A stretch of 64,000 nucleotides of DNA from Candidatus Obscuribacteraceae bacterium (GCA_044226015.1 JBGAHS010000003.1:160001-224000), one strand, 5' to 3'; positions 10,307-21,381 are shown, numbered from the stretch's first letter. Program-made: numbers and translations. Notes: generated by a model from the letters alone, not told the origin.

Positions 10307-10495
10307 GGTGATTCTTTGAGAATTGTCCAAAAAAAACGGATTGCAAGCATCCCAAAGCCAACAGCAGCACTTATTCAAACCGCCTTAACAGTGTAATCAT
10401 CCTTCTGGGGCTCAGTCTTTAATCCTTTGGGTTATTGTCACGTCGAGCCTGCTGTGGGATGTTAAAGACAGATACGTCGAACTGGCCCCCTGTTC

Positions 10496-11170
10496 TTGCA
10501 GTGGTCACCCCGAGCCCAAAATGGTAATTCCGTGTCCAGACTCAACAAAAATGGAATATCTGCCCGAGCGGCTCTCTTAATAGTCAGCTGGATTGTCGCG
10601 TGTGGCTATGTTTTCACAATACTGCTGCGTTACGAAAGCCACGGACAGGTGGATGCGGCAGTGCCAGAGGTCAACGCAGAAACAAAAATCTCAGATCAGG
10701 AGAACGGCGAGTTCAAATTGATAATGTTCGCCCACCCGCGATGCCCCTGCACTGCTGCAAGCCTGACAGAGCTGCAAAAGCTACAAGCCAGAGTTCCAAA
10801 TCTCAAAATTTCTGTAGCCTTCATGCTGCCTTCCGGTCTAAAAGATTCAGATTGGACGAACTCCGCAAACTGGCAAAGCGCCAATGAAATGAGCGGAGTA
10901 AGCGTTATAAAAGATATCGACGGTCGCCTGGCACGAAAATTTGGGGCTGAGGTCTCCGGTTTTACAGTGGTCTATGACAGCGCAAATAAGCTGGTATTTT
11001 CCGGTGGCATAACGGCAGCTCGTGGACACGAAGGCGACAATGCTGGAGAGGACAAAATCATTGCTCTCTGCGCTTCGAAAAAAGTACCCGACCCAAAATC
11101 GCCAGCCTTCGGATGCAAGCTGAGCGATGACCAATCGCCAAACAAGGTATTTACCACATGCCTTCGATAA
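10496..11170 (+). CDS. RedB-like membrane-anchored thioredoxin-fold protein
   Basis: TM segment, HPRCPCTAASL, GITAARGHEGDN, FGC motifs; overlaps the downstream kinase; start uncertain. Confidence 0.7.
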   Translation: MQWSPRAQNGNSVSRLNKNGISARAALLIVSWIVACGYVFTILLRYESHGQVDAAVPEVNAETKISDQENGEFKLIMFAHPRCPCTAASLTELQKLQARVPNLKISVAFMLPSGLKDSDWTNSANWQSANEMSGVSVIKDIDGRLARKFGAEVSGFTVVYDSANKLVFSGGITAARGHEGDNAGEDKIIALCASKKVPDPKSPAFGCKLSDDQSPNKVFTTCLR

Positions 11171-13761
11171 ATTTGAGCAGCTTGCAATCGGAGTTCGTGA
11201 AACACCGAGCACAAGAGTTACTCGAAGATCAACTCAGGTCACTCTCGGCAAAAACTGATCGACTTTTTTCATATTTGCTCATCGGTGAATGGCTTGCCGC
11301 AATCGTTCTTTCGATTTGGATTTCGCCTTTAACATGGGCGGGGCGATGCAGTGACATTCACATACACGTGTGGGTAGCAGTCATACTCGGCTCGATGATT
11401 TGCCTGCCACCAGTCGTGGTGGCGCACTATTGCCCCGGACAAGCTGTGTCCCGATATTTCATTGCGATTGGACAGATGCTTTATTCGGCGATGCTGATTC
11501 ACCTGACCGGGGGTCGTATTGAGTCTCACTTCCACATTTTTGGTTCGCTCGCATTCCTTAGCTTTTATCGCGACTGGAGAGTTTTAGTACCAGCAACGCT
11601 GGTTGTCATCGCTGACCATATACTCAGGGGCATCTATTTTCCTGAGTCAGTTTTTGGTGTGTACACCGTTCAACCCTGGCGCTGGCTAGAACATACCTGG
11701 TGGGTTTTGTTTGAAGATGCTTTTCTTGTGCAGAAATGTCGAAACAGCGTCAGAGACATGCTCATAATCACCGCCCGGCAAGCTGAGATTGAAGAGGTCA
11801 ACAGCAACATAGAAGAGATCGTGAAGTCTCGCACTGAGCAACTAAATAACATGGCAAAGATTGTAGAACAGTCGAGCGATGGCATACTCACGTGCACGGC
11901 TGACGGAACCATCGACAGCTGGAATAACGGCGCTCAGGGAGTTTTTGGTTATAAGGAATACGAGATAATTGGAAAGAATCTCTCCACATTGGTTCCCCCT
12001 GAAAAGGAGTCTCTTTTTCAAAACGAATTGAGAGAAAAACTCCAGCAGGGCAAACGAATAGACGCCATGGAGACCCGCCTTTTACATAAACAAGGTGTAG
12101 AGATAGATGTATTGTTATTTGCTGTTCCCTGGTTTAACGAATCAGGTGCGTACCGCGGTTGCTCTCTCACCCTGCACAATATATCCGCAAGAAAGGCGGC
12201 AGAGCGCCGAGTTTCCGAGTTCTATTCAATCGTTTCGCATGAACTACGCACGCCACTGACCTCAATTAGAGGAGTATTGGGGCTGCTAGAAAGTAGAACA
12301 GTCGAAGCCGAAACAGCCGAAGGCATGGAACTACTCGAAGTGGCCAGAACCAGCTCTGACAGACTTATACGATTAATCAACGACATGCTAGACCTGAAGA
12401 AAATCGAATCTGGCAAACTAGAATTGCGAAAAACAAAAATAGACGTCAAACACCTTCTTGCAAATGGGCTCGCCGCATTGTCTGGGGTCGCAGAAGAATA
12501 CAAAATCAACTTAGTGACCGAATGCCCGGAGCAGCTGCATGTTGAAGCCGACTGGGACAAAGCAACGCAAATTCTAACTAATCTGGTATCAAATGCAATC
12601 AAGTTTTCTCCATGCGGAGAAACGGTAAAAGTAATAGCAGAGCGCAAAGACTCAGTTGTTCGAATCTCGGTGTGTGACAATGGTCCAGGAATAGCAGCAA
12701 AAGACATCAATCGATTGTTTGATAAATTTCAACAGCTTGACTCATCGGACTCAAGAAATTTCGAAGGCACCGGGCTGGGTCTGGCAATATCGAAGGCTCT
12801 GACAGAAGAACATGGTGGAAATATTGGTGTAAGCAGCGAACTCAAAAAAGGCAGTACCTTCTGGTTCGAACTTAATTTACTTCCAGAGCAATTGAGTTCA
12901 AGCGGCGGTCACTCAAAAAACGCAAGAAAAGCGCTAATCGTGGAGAGCAATGCAACTCTTACCCAGGCTATAAGCAAGCACCTACAGAAGCACAACTTTT
13001 CTTTTGTAGTTGCCGACACCGTCGCGGCAGCAAAAGAGCAAATAAGCGCAGGCTTAGTGCCAGACCTTGTCTTGTTAGATTTGCAAATGCCAGACGAAAA
13101 TGGATTGCTCTTACTTGAATACATGAAAACGAAAGAACAGTTTCGCGATGTGCCTGTAATCGCAGTCAGCCACAACAACAAAGAAGAAGAGCCGCACCTG
13201 GAAGGGACGGCATTCTTCATGGATTGGATTTTTGACGCACGTGACGATGCAAGCAAAAACGAATCGATGCAATCACTCGAGAGGATGCTGAAATTCACAG
13301 CAAAATGTAAAGTCTTGATTGTGGATGACGACAGCGAACTTCGCAAGGTGATTGCAGCACAGCTAACTAGCATGGGGCTGGACTGCATTGAGGCGACTGA
13401 CGGAAAGGAAGGCTTGCAACTCATCGAATCTGAGGCACCAGATTTAGTTCTACTCGACTTAATCATGCCAGAGCTTGATGGGTTTGCCGTAGTTAACGAG
13501 CTGCGTCAATCAAAGCAGGGGTCGCAAATTCCCCTTATCATTTATAGCTGTAAAGATCTTGATCCAACGGAGAAGGAGGCACTCAAACTGGGGCTCACGA
13601 GATATCTAGTAAAAGGAGAAGCATCCTACAAAGACCTCATCGCTACGGTCGAGGAATTGATATCGCACACCAGCTCACGCATTAAAGCAGAAGCCGAAGC
13701 TAACAAAGCAAACCTGGCAAATGCAGATCGCAATTCAACATTAATGCACAATCCTAATTGA
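11158..13761 (+). CDS. hybrid sensor histidine kinase (multi-TM, PAS, HisKA, HATPase, two receiver domains)
   Basis: IHLTGGRIESHFH membrane domain, PAS (SWNNGAQGVFGY), SHELRTPL, NLVSNAIKF, GTGLGL, PDLVLLDL twice. Confidence 0.93.
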   Translation: MPSINLSSLQSEFVKHRAQELLEDQLRSLSAKTDRLFSYLLIGEWLAAIVLSIWISPLTWAGRCSDIHIHVWVAVILGSMICLPPVVVAHYCPGQAVSRYFIAIGQMLYSAMLIHLTGGRIESHFHIFGSLAFLSFYRDWRVLVPATLVVIADHILRGIYFPESVFGVYTVQPWRWLEHTWWVLFEDAFLVQKCRNSVRDMLIITARQAEIEEVNSNIEEIVKSRTEQLNNMAKIVEQSSDGILTCTADGTIDSWNNGAQGVFGYKEYEIIGKNLSTLVPPEKESLFQNELREKLQQGKRIDAMETRLLHKQGVEIDVLLFAVPWFNESGAYRGCSLTLHNISARKAAERRVSEFYSIVSHELRTPLTSIRGVLGLLESRTVEAETAEGMELLEVARTSSDRLIRLINDMLDLKKIESGKLELRKTKIDVKHLLANGLAALSGVAEEYKINLVTECPEQLHVEADWDKATQILTNLVSNAIKFSPCGETVKVIAERKDSVVRISVCDNGPGIAAKDINRLFDKFQQLDSSDSRNFEGTGLGLAISKALTEEHGGNIGVSSELKKGSTFWFELNLLPEQLSSSGGHSKNARKALIVESNATLTQAISKHLQKHNFSFVVADTVAAAKEQISAGLVPDLVLLDLQMPDENGLLLLEYMKTKEQFRDVPVIAVSHNNKEEEPHLEGTAFFMDWIFDARDDASKNESMQSLERMLKFTAKCKVLIVDDDSELRKVIAAQLTSMGLDCIEATDGKEGLQLIESEAPDLVLLDLIMPELDGFAVVNELRQSKQGSQIPLIIYSCKDLDPTEKEALKLGLTRYLVKGEASYKDLIATVEELISHTSSRIKAEAEANKANLANADRNSTLMHNPN

Positions 13762-13841
13762 GCAGAAATGTCACTGGCACAAATCCGCAGCAATTCAGGA
13801 TAGAATATCTCGGTCAAATGTAGTTGAGGACGTGACATCAC

Positions 13842-14804
13842 ATGCCTGAGAAGTACTCCATAGGAATTGATTTTGGTGGCACCAAAGTGCTGGCTGGCGT
13901 TGTAGAGATGTCCACTGGACGCATCGTTGCTACTTCGAAGAAGAAGACTCGCAACCCCAACGACATGAACGACGTAACCAAGCGGCTTACCACGGTTGTT
14001 GATGATGCGCTTTCTGAAGCAAAGTTAACAGCGAAAGACATCGTGGGCATCGGAATTGGGGCCGCCGGTATGGTCAATCGAGAAAAAGGAGTTTTGCTCA
14101 GCGCTGTCAACATGGGGCTGAATGAAATACCTTTGACAGAACCGCTCAGCCAATTTTATGGAGTTCCAGCAAAACTGGGCAACGATGTGGAAGTCGCAAC
14201 GCTCGGAGAAATGAAATTTGGCAGCGGCAAAGGCTGTGATAATTTCGTCTGCATTTTCGTGGGGACAGGCATCGGGTCAGGCATAGTAATAGACAACAAA
14301 ATTTTCCGTGGAACATCCGGCACCGCCGGAGAAATCGGACATACAGTACTTTACCCAAATGGAAAAGCCTGCGGATGCGGCTCTTACGGCTGCCTGGAAG
14401 CTTACGCATCACGAACAGCTGTTGCAAAATATGTGGCTAGCGAAATTGACCGCGGCCACCAATCAATGATTCAAGACAAAATCGATCACACAAAAGGCAT
14501 TTTGCGCTCGAAAGCAATCTCTCAAGCGCTGGAAGCAGGCGACCCCTTAGTGACTCGAGCAGTGACGGATGCTGCAAGATGCATGGGCATCGGACTTGCT
14601 TCTCTTATCAATTTCTTCAACCCCAAGAAGATTATTCTGGGCGGAGGTCTTGTTGAAGCAAGCGAAATGTATTTCAAGATAGCATCAGAGGAAGCAAGCG
14701 CTCGCTGCCTGAAGGTTGCCCGCAAAAAGGTAGATATTGCTAAAGCCGGACTCGGCGACAATTCCGGAATTGTCGGCGCAGCCATGCTACTTGAAAAAAA
14801 GTAG
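13842..14804 (+). CDS. ROK family sugar kinase (glucokinase-like)
   Basis: GIDFGGTK, NDV, GTGIGSG, GEIGH, CGCGSYGCLE. Confidence 0.92.
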   Translation: MPEKYSIGIDFGGTKVLAGVVEMSTGRIVATSKKKTRNPNDMNDVTKRLTTVVDDALSEAKLTAKDIVGIGIGAAGMVNREKGVLLSAVNMGLNEIPLTEPLSQFYGVPAKLGNDVEVATLGEMKFGSGKGCDNFVCIFVGTGIGSGIVIDNKIFRGTSGTAGEIGHTVLYPNGKACGCGSYGCLEAYASRTAVAKYVASEIDRGHQSMIQDKIDHTKGILRSKAISQALEAGDPLVTRAVTDAARCMGIGLASLINFFNPKKIILGGGLVEASEMYFKIASEEASARCLKVARKKVDIAKAGLGDNSGIVGAAMLLEKK

Positions 14805-14822
14805 CCAAAATTTCACGAGTTT

Positions 14823-15014
14823 CTCAGCAATCAGAACCGAGCAATCAGAACTGAGCAATTAAAACTCAGCGAGTATCGAACAACTCCCCCTCAGCAATCA
14901 GAACTTACCACTGGCGAATCAGGGCTAGCTATCAGACTGCGCCATTAGCACTGGTGAAACAGAATCAGTGGTGAACTAGAATCACTGGCGACCAGTATCA
15001 GTGGCGAACAAATC
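14823..15014. repeat. two families of degenerate short tandem repeats (14-nt and about 17-nt units)
   Basis: CT(C/G)AGCAATCAGAA-like units x4-5 and CA(C/G)TGG(C/T)GAAnnAGAAT-like units x5 between convergent genes. Confidence 0.7.
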
Positions 15015-15927
15015 GACTGCCTTGTCGACAACCTCGCCTTTCCATCTCGGCTCTGATTTTATCCATGGTAGTGAATTTGTCATAAGACCAGCTTGGTGCT
15101 ATCAGTTCGTCTTTGCTTCCTTCTGCAACCAGGCGCATGATTACCATTTCGGGTGGCAATAGCTCAAGAGCGTCGACAACAAGCTCAACGTAATAGTCCT
15201 CATCAAGCACGTTCAAAGTGCCGGCTCTGTAATCAGCTTCCATTGGCGCTTGTTTGTAGATGCAGAGCTGGTGAATCTTTAGCGCATCCACTTTGCTGTT
15301 TGCCACCAGCCGAACAGTCTCCATCATCATTTCACGGTCTTCACCTGGCAAACCGAATATCAAATGGGTGGCAACAGTCAGCCCGCGAGCCTTGGCGCGC
15401 TCTAGAGCATCAAAAAATTCCTCAGAGCTGTGCGCTCTATTAATAAGATCGAGCGTTTTGTTATGGGAAGTCTGCAATCCCATTTCAAGAAACACGAAAG
15501 TCTTCTCGTTGTATTCGGCGAGCATGTCGAGGATGTTATCAGGCACACAATCAGGTCGAGTTCCGATACATAGACCAACCATGTTGGGATGGTCGAGCCC
15601 TGTGTCATAAATAGCCCGCAGCAACCCCTCGGGAGCGTATGTATTTGTAAAGGCTTGAAAATATGCCATGAACTTATCGGCTTTGTAACGGTAGCGCACC
15701 CGTTCAATGCCGTCTAGAAGCTGCTGTTTCAGCCGGGAAGCACGCTCAATGGTTGGTGCACCCGACCCCCTTTCGTCACAAAATGTACATCCACCATAAG
15801 CCTTCTTGCCGTCACGGTTTGGACAGTCAAATCCCCCATCCAACGGAACTCGATAGACTTTGCTACCAAACTTTTCGATCAAATAGCTGTTAAAGCTTCG
15901 ATATTGAGGAAGAAGCTGCTGGGACAT
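14998..15927 (-). CDS. radical SAM protein, YhcC/TIGR01212-like
   Basis: CPNRDG..GGCTFC, YFQAFTNTY, GTRPDC, HLIFGLPGE. Confidence 0.9.
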   Translation of the reverse strand: MSQQLLPQYRSFNSYLIEKFGSKVYRVPLDGGFDCPNRDGKKAYGGCTFCDERGSGAPTIERASRLKQQLLDGIERVRYRYKADKFMAYFQAFTNTYAPEGLLRAIYDTGLDHPNMVGLCIGTRPDCVPDNILDMLAEYNEKTFVFLEMGLQTSHNKTLDLINRAHSSEEFFDALERAKARGLTVATHLIFGLPGEDREMMMETVRLVANSKVDALKIHQLCIYKQAPMEADYRAGTLNVLDEDYYVELVVDALELLPPEMVIMRLVAEGSKDELIAPSWSYDKFTTMDKIRAEMERRGCRQGSRFVRH

Positions 15928-16035
15928 GGATTCTCACCTTATTGACCATGTCATATTACACGAGTTATCAGTAGAACGATCGAAAGTTGACACCGACTCG
16001 TTATCTTTGTTATTCTGCTTCACCTGTGGTCGCCG

Positions 16036-16111
16036 GCCCCCATCGTCTAGAGGCCTAGGACACATCCCTTTCACGGATGCGACGCGGGTTCGAATCCCGC
16101 TGGGGGTACCA
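16036..16111 (+). tRNA. tRNA-Glu(UUC), CCA encoded
   Basis: GCCCCCA/TGGGGGT acceptor stem, CATCC-CTTTCAC-GGATG anticodon arm, GGTTCGAATCC T-arm, ACCA end. Confidence 0.96.
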
Positions 16112-16404
16112 CTTATTAAAGATATTCAATGCATCACTCCTGCCTGGCAGAGAGTGATTTTTGTTTTAGGGATCTTTGTCAGGTGGGCAGAAATAATTCG
16201 ATTCAAGCATCCGGACAGCCGAATGATTAGCATATTCGTTCCCAGCATCTGGAGAGGAGAGCCAATATCAGATTGGATCCAGCAGCAACACTAGACCTAA
16301 TTGACCGGCCGTTCCAGCAGTATTCAGGCAAGCAGCTGGCTTCATCATCCCAGAGGCACACCGCAACTTCAGACCAGCCCCTCCCTGCACCACATACGGT
16401 GCCA

Positions 16405-17373
16405 TCAATTTCGAATGTGTTCAATGTCACCGAAATGGTGAAACTTGAAATCAGAACTTGTTGCAGTCTTTATTCGCCCAGGTTGCATAACAGTTCTTCT
16501 GTGTGACCCTTTAGGAAAGCGCAAAATCTGGGTTCCCTCAAGCGCTTGCACCGCCCGCAGTACCGCTCGGTCATATTTTGAAAAGCCGGAAGGTTCAAAA
16601 ATCTCCAGATTTTTTATATGTCCATCATCTGTAACGACGCAAGAAAAAGCAGCTCCTGTTCCAAGCGGATATCTGCTACTGATTGCACCTGTGCGAGGGT
16701 CAACACGCGGACGCTCGTAGTCTTCAGGGTCGGGATTGTTTACGTTTTCCTGCGTTCCCAATTGCACTGCACGCAAAAAACGATTGTGCCAGCGGTCCCA
16801 CTCGACCAATAATTCTGCGTCGTCTTCATCAGGGTCCGCGAAACGACCAGGCTTTCCGCCTTGCAGCTCTGTGCGACCTTGAAGCAATTTCGCATCATCT
16901 AAAGAAGGGTCCATATTTTTCAGTGCGGAATCGCTCAAGGAACCGCGAAGCTCATCATCAATGGCTTTGGTTTGTAGCCGTTCCTGCTCGTGGCTATCTA
17001 GCTGCGGCTCTTGCCTTTGAATTCGAAGAGAGCTGTGCGACTTTTCAATCTTACCCTCCAGGGGCTTCGCTCCTTGGTTAGTGCCGAATTCGCCAAGCGC
17101 CTCATTTTTTTCTGCATGATGCTTATTCGACTGATGCGCACTCGGAGTGGAGCCAGAGCCATCTCCATTCAGCGCGGAATTGCTTTCGAATCCCCGGCCT
17201 GAATTACTCACCGAGTGGCTCTTTTCAGAGTGGCTCTTTTCAGACTTGCTTTTTTCCACTTCCTGCTTTGGTGTGTCTTCATCCCAATCTGAAGCAAACA
17301 CAATGCCGGTCGCGACCAGTAGTGTTAACAGCGTTAGGCAACAAGCATGAAAAACCCGGACAGGACTGAACAT
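16405..17373 (-). CDS. exported protein with TonB C-terminal-like domain
   Basis: signal peptide, disordered linker with EKS(K/H)S repeats, VTDDGHI..PSG...YDRAVLRAV TonB_C-like segment. Confidence 0.65.
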   Translation of the reverse strand: MFSPVRVFHACCLTLLTLLVATGIVFASDWDEDTPKQEVEKSKSEKSHSEKSHSVSNSGRGFESNSALNGDGSGSTPSAHQSNKHHAEKNEALGEFGTNQGAKPLEGKIEKSHSSLRIQRQEPQLDSHEQERLQTKAIDDELRGSLSDSALKNMDPSLDDAKLLQGRTELQGGKPGRFADPDEDDAELLVEWDRWHNRFLRAVQLGTQENVNNPDPEDYERPRVDPRTGAISSRYPLGTGAAFSCVVTDDGHIKNLEIFEPSGFSKYDRAVLRAVQALEGTQILRFPKGSHRRTVMQPGRIKTATSSDFKFHHFGDIEHIRN

Positions 17374-17761
17374 TGAAGAACCTCCATGTTTCAGTGTACA
17401 AGAAAAAGTCTATTGATGCATTTGGACAATAACATTGAGATTTTAACGACGAGCTTTTTTCGAAAGCAGCAATATTCTCGTTCACTCACTGACACTTACC
17501 TACCAGTATTGATTGCCACGCCCCGCTGTCGACGATCCCAACGCCTTTCGGGCGGGATGCAAGAAAAGAAACTGTTGAATGAATCAAGAAGAAAAACTTA
17601 CCGTTCGGAGAGCATAAACTCAATCGCTGCCTTATTGTCCATCACTTCGCAGCCTATATCTAACATCGATGCAGGGAATTAATTACTGTTAGATCAGCCA
17701 ATAAAGCCCATTCACTGCCAAATGGTTTGATACCATAGTCGAAGGGGGGGTCACTAAAATA

Positions 17762-19213
17762 ATGGATTTCGATCCTTTTTCAAAAAACGATGACGAGTTT
17801 GAATTGGCAGTATGTAGCCAGTTAGAGGACATCATTCTGGATCGATCCATTTCAGTAAAGCCAGGACACAAGATCATGGTTTCTTTTTCTGGTGGACCCG
17901 ACTCAACTGCATTACTTCTTGCCATGAAAGCGTTTTGCGGAAAGACGTCAACGGAGTTGCATGCTTGTCATATCAATCATGGAATTCGAGGCGAAGAATC
18001 AGAACAAGACGAACAGTTTTGCAGCACATTTTGCCAGGAACATGAGGTCATTTTTCACTCAGAAAGACTGGAAATGTCCAGCAAAGCCGAAGCAGACTTG
18101 AGAGCAGCTCGCTACGCGAGCATTCAGTCGATAGCTGAAAATTACAAATGCGGAATTGTTTTGACTGGTCACACACTTGATGATCAGGTAGAAACAATGC
18201 TTTTCCGATTGTTTAGAGGAACTGGTCCCTCTGGTCTTTTAGGTATTCCAATTTTCAGATCACTGAGCGATCGCGTAATAGTTTTGCGCCCGATGCTCTC
18301 ATTGTCTCGTGCAGATTGCGAATCATATTTGCAACGACGAAACGTGCTTGCAAGAAAAGACAGCAGCAACAACGACGATGGCTATTCTCGCAATTACATC
18401 AGGCATCGCATCGTTCCTCTAATCGAGAAAAAATTTCCCGGGTTTCGTCAGCATGCAAATCAACTCAGAAAAGTGATCGAAGCTGATGAAACGTTACTGG
18501 CAGGACTTAGCCAGGATGCGGGTTATGAGCTAATGGAAAACGGAAACGCAAATGTCTGGACAATAGACAAATTCAATGAGCTTCCCTTGTCACTCCGGAG
18601 GCGAGTCCTCCGAGATGCGCTTCGCTCACGGAAAATTGAATGCGACTTCGCAACCATCGAATCAGCCCTGGAAATGATAGACCTAGACGGAAGCGGTGCA
18701 ATTTCACTGAATGAACATTGGGAACTTCGAATATCGAATGGAGAAATTGAGTGGCTCAACCGCCTTGACAAGCCAGTTGACCAGGTTCTATTTGGAGAGC
18801 TTTCTGTTGATGTCAAAGATGAAGGTCTGACGTTTCTGCACAACTTGGGACTTGTTCTAAAGGTAGAAAAGCTTGATAAATCAGTCGCAGAAATAAAATT
18901 CCCGGGTTCTCAAGAGCACGAAGCCATAGTGGATTTAAGCAAAGTTGGCGCATTGCAAATCAGGTTGAGAGAAGCCGGAGACCAAATCCAGCCACTCGGA
19001 ATGAATTGTATGGTCAGATTGAAAAAGTTTTTGCATACACACAAGTCCACAAAAACATTAAGTTTTGGCGGTAGGGTGCTGGTTCTTGCCAACGAGCAAG
19101 AGGTCATCTGGGTGCCGGGATGCGGAATCAGTCAACGGGTTGCTATCGGCGAAAAAGCTACGCACAGAGTTTCCCTAATGAGACTCAGTCCCGATGAGGG
19201 TTCCATATGTTAG
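17762..19213 (+). CDS. tilS: tRNA(Ile)-lysidine synthetase
   Basis: SGGPDS PP-loop, HINHGIR, GHTLDDQVET, DSSN..YSRNYIR; upstream of ftsH. Confidence 0.94.
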   Translation: MDFDPFSKNDDEFELAVCSQLEDIILDRSISVKPGHKIMVSFSGGPDSTALLLAMKAFCGKTSTELHACHINHGIRGEESEQDEQFCSTFCQEHEVIFHSERLEMSSKAEADLRAARYASIQSIAENYKCGIVLTGHTLDDQVETMLFRLFRGTGPSGLLGIPIFRSLSDRVIVLRPMLSLSRADCESYLQRRNVLARKDSSNNDDGYSRNYIRHRIVPLIEKKFPGFRQHANQLRKVIEADETLLAGLSQDAGYELMENGNANVWTIDKFNELPLSLRRRVLRDALRSRKIECDFATIESALEMIDLDGSGAISLNEHWELRISNGEIEWLNRLDKPVDQVLFGELSVDVKDEGLTFLHNLGLVLKVEKLDKSVAEIKFPGSQEHEAIVDLSKVGALQIRLREAGDQIQPLGMNCMVRLKKFLHTHKSTKTLSFGGRVLVLANEQEVIWVPGCGISQRVAIGEKATHRVSLMRLSPDEGSIC

Positions 19214-19378
19214 TCGACATTGTTTGAAACGGGGTATAACCCAGTTAGAGCCGGTCGATTCAGAGTTTTATTTCTAGGCTTCAAAGACCGAAAAGGCTTA
19301 CAGATTAAGGCAAATGGCTTAGTGGCGACTAATGCTATAATCTGGTATTACTAATTTGTCAGGTCGCGGGGTACAAAA

Positions 19379-21373
19379 ATGCGGAAGTACGGAACAACAG
19401 GCGCCGTTTTCTTCTTGCTTCTGGTGCTTCTGGTCTTCGTGTTCTCGCTCAATCAAGCGACGAATCCTCCAAAACAACTACTGTTCTCAGAAGTTGTGGC
19501 GATGTTAGAGGAAGCGAAAGATCTTCCACCAAAAAACAAGACTGAGAAAATATCGAAAATTGAGTGCATCACAAACGACTCTTCGTTCCACATCAAACTG
19601 GCTGGAGCAAGTTCGATGGTCTCGGTGGTTGTTCCTCCCGCTTACACCGAAAAATTTGTCGACCTGATTAACCAGGCGGGCATTCCATTCGAAACAAAGC
19701 CGGATGACAAGAGCAGCTTCTGGTTCAGCATGATTAGCTCGTTCTTTCTACCTATTCTGCTGCTCGTCGGATTCCTATTTATGTTCCGAAGTGCTCAGAG
19801 CGGCGGCAACCAGGCTCTAAGCTTTGGTAGAAGCCGTGCCAAGCTCATGCTTGACAATAAAGTTAAGGTCACGTTCCAGGACGTTGCTGGTATTGATGAA
19901 GCCAAGCAAGAACTCCAGGAAATTGTCGATTTCTTGAAAAACCCAGAGAAGTTCCAAGCCCTCGGAGCCCGCATCCCAAGAGGAGTACTCCTGGTGGGCG
20001 CTCCAGGTACTGGTAAAACTCTAATGGCGAAAGCGGTAGCTGGAGAAGCTGGCGTTCCGTTTTTCAGCATCTCAGGTTCAGACTTTGTTGAAATGTTCGT
20101 TGGTGTTGGCGCGTCACGTGTGCGTGACTTGTTTGACCAGGCGAAAAAACATGCACCATGTATCGTATTCGTCGATGAAATCGACGCAGTTGGAAGACAG
20201 CGTGGAGCAGGTCTAGGTGGCGGTCACGATGAACGTGAACAAACACTGAACCAATTGCTAGTAGAAATGGATGGTTTCGAAGGCACCACAGGCATCATTG
20301 TGGTTGCAGCAACAAACAGACCAGACATCCTCGACTCAGCCCTCTTGCGTCCAGGCAGATTCGACCGTCAGGTAGTTCTTGATCCGCCAGACGTTGTTGG
20401 TCGTGAACAGATTTTGAAAGTTCACGGACGCGGCAAACCGTTGGCAAAAAATGTTGAACTCAAAACTCTGGCACGTAGAACTCCAGGTTTCACCGGCGCA
20501 GATCTTTCAAACTTGTTGAACGAAGCAGCATTGATTGCTGCTCGTGCAGACAAGCGAGAAATTGAAATGAACGACCTCGAAGTGGCTATCGACAAGGTCA
20601 TCGCTGGACCCGAAAAGCGCAGCCGCATCATGCCAGAGAAAGAAAAGCAGATGACTGCTTATCACGAAGTTGGGCACGCACTGATGTGTGAACTTCTTGA
20701 GGATGCGCATCCTCTGCACAAAGTAACAATCATACCGAGAGGTTTCGCACTAGGTCTGACAATGTACTTGCCTGAAGAAGAGCTTCTCAGCGTGACCAAA
20801 GCACAAATTCTCGACCAAATCGGAGTTTGCCTTGGTGGACGACTCGCAGAAGAAATCATTTACGGCGAAGAAAAAATCACCACTGGTGCGCAGAACGACC
20901 TGGAAAAAGCAACCAAGCTTGCTCGCCGCATGGTGACAGAGTTTGGTATGAGCGAACGACTTGGTCCGATGACTTTCGGCAAGCGCAACGAACACGTATT
21001 CCTCGGTCGTGATTTTGGTCACGAGCGTGATTATGGAGAGCGCGTTGCTGAACTTATCGATGACGAAGTAAAACGCATCATTGTTGAACGCTACGACATG
21101 GTAAAAGAGCTGCTCTTCAAATACGAAGATCACATGCACGAAATCGTAAAAGTGCTTCTCGAAAAAGAAACACTAGACAGAGACGAATTCTCTGCAATCG
21201 TGAAGCGCGTAAATCAATCAAAGGGTTGGGAAACTCCCGATGATGATAAGAATGACAAACCAACGAGCCCTCCCGCTATCGGTGAGAGCCTCGATGGTGG
21301 CGCGATTTCAATCGAGCTGCCTGGTGGAGATTCAGGTGAACCACCGCCGGAACTGCGCCCGAAATTCGCATAA
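19379..21373 (+). CDS. ftsH: ATP-dependent zinc metalloprotease FtsH
   Basis: two TMs, GAPGTGKT Walker A, VFVDEID, RPGRFDR, HEVGH zinc motif. Confidence 0.98.
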   Translation: MRKYGTTGAVFFLLLVLLVFVFSLNQATNPPKQLLFSEVVAMLEEAKDLPPKNKTEKISKIECITNDSSFHIKLAGASSMVSVVVPPAYTEKFVDLINQAGIPFETKPDDKSSFWFSMISSFFLPILLLVGFLFMFRSAQSGGNQALSFGRSRAKLMLDNKVKVTFQDVAGIDEAKQELQEIVDFLKNPEKFQALGARIPRGVLLVGAPGTGKTLMAKAVAGEAGVPFFSISGSDFVEMFVGVGASRVRDLFDQAKKHAPCIVFVDEIDAVGRQRGAGLGGGHDEREQTLNQLLVEMDGFEGTTGIIVVAATNRPDILDSALLRPGRFDRQVVLDPPDVVGREQILKVHGRGKPLAKNVELKTLARRTPGFTGADLSNLLNEAALIAARADKREIEMNDLEVAIDKVIAGPEKRSRIMPEKEKQMTAYHEVGHALMCELLEDAHPLHKVTIIPRGFALGLTMYLPEEELLSVTKAQILDQIGVCLGGRLAEEIIYGEEKITTGAQNDLEKATKLARRMVTEFGMSERLGPMTFGKRNEHVFLGRDFGHERDYGERVAELIDDEVKRIIVERYDMVKELLFKYEDHMHEIVKVLLEKETLDRDEFSAIVKRVNQSKGWETPDDDKNDKPTSPPAIGESLDGGAISIELPGGDSGEPPPELRPKFA

Positions 21374-21381
21374 AATTCTTG

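Noticed and set aside
14823..15014. CRISPR array
   Set aside because: Units are 14-17 nt, degenerate and contiguous, with no unique spacers and no cas genes
15926..16294. 122-aa ORF on the + strand
   Set aside because: It spans tRNA-Glu and is a shadow ORF
16112..16404. Integrative element at the tRNA-Glu 3' end
   Set aside because: No integrase and no duplicated tRNA 3' fragment noticed in the window
17386..17760. ORF or structured RNA between the TonB-like gene and tilS
   Set aside because: Only one modest hairpin (about 17535-17558) and an ORF with no recognisable features
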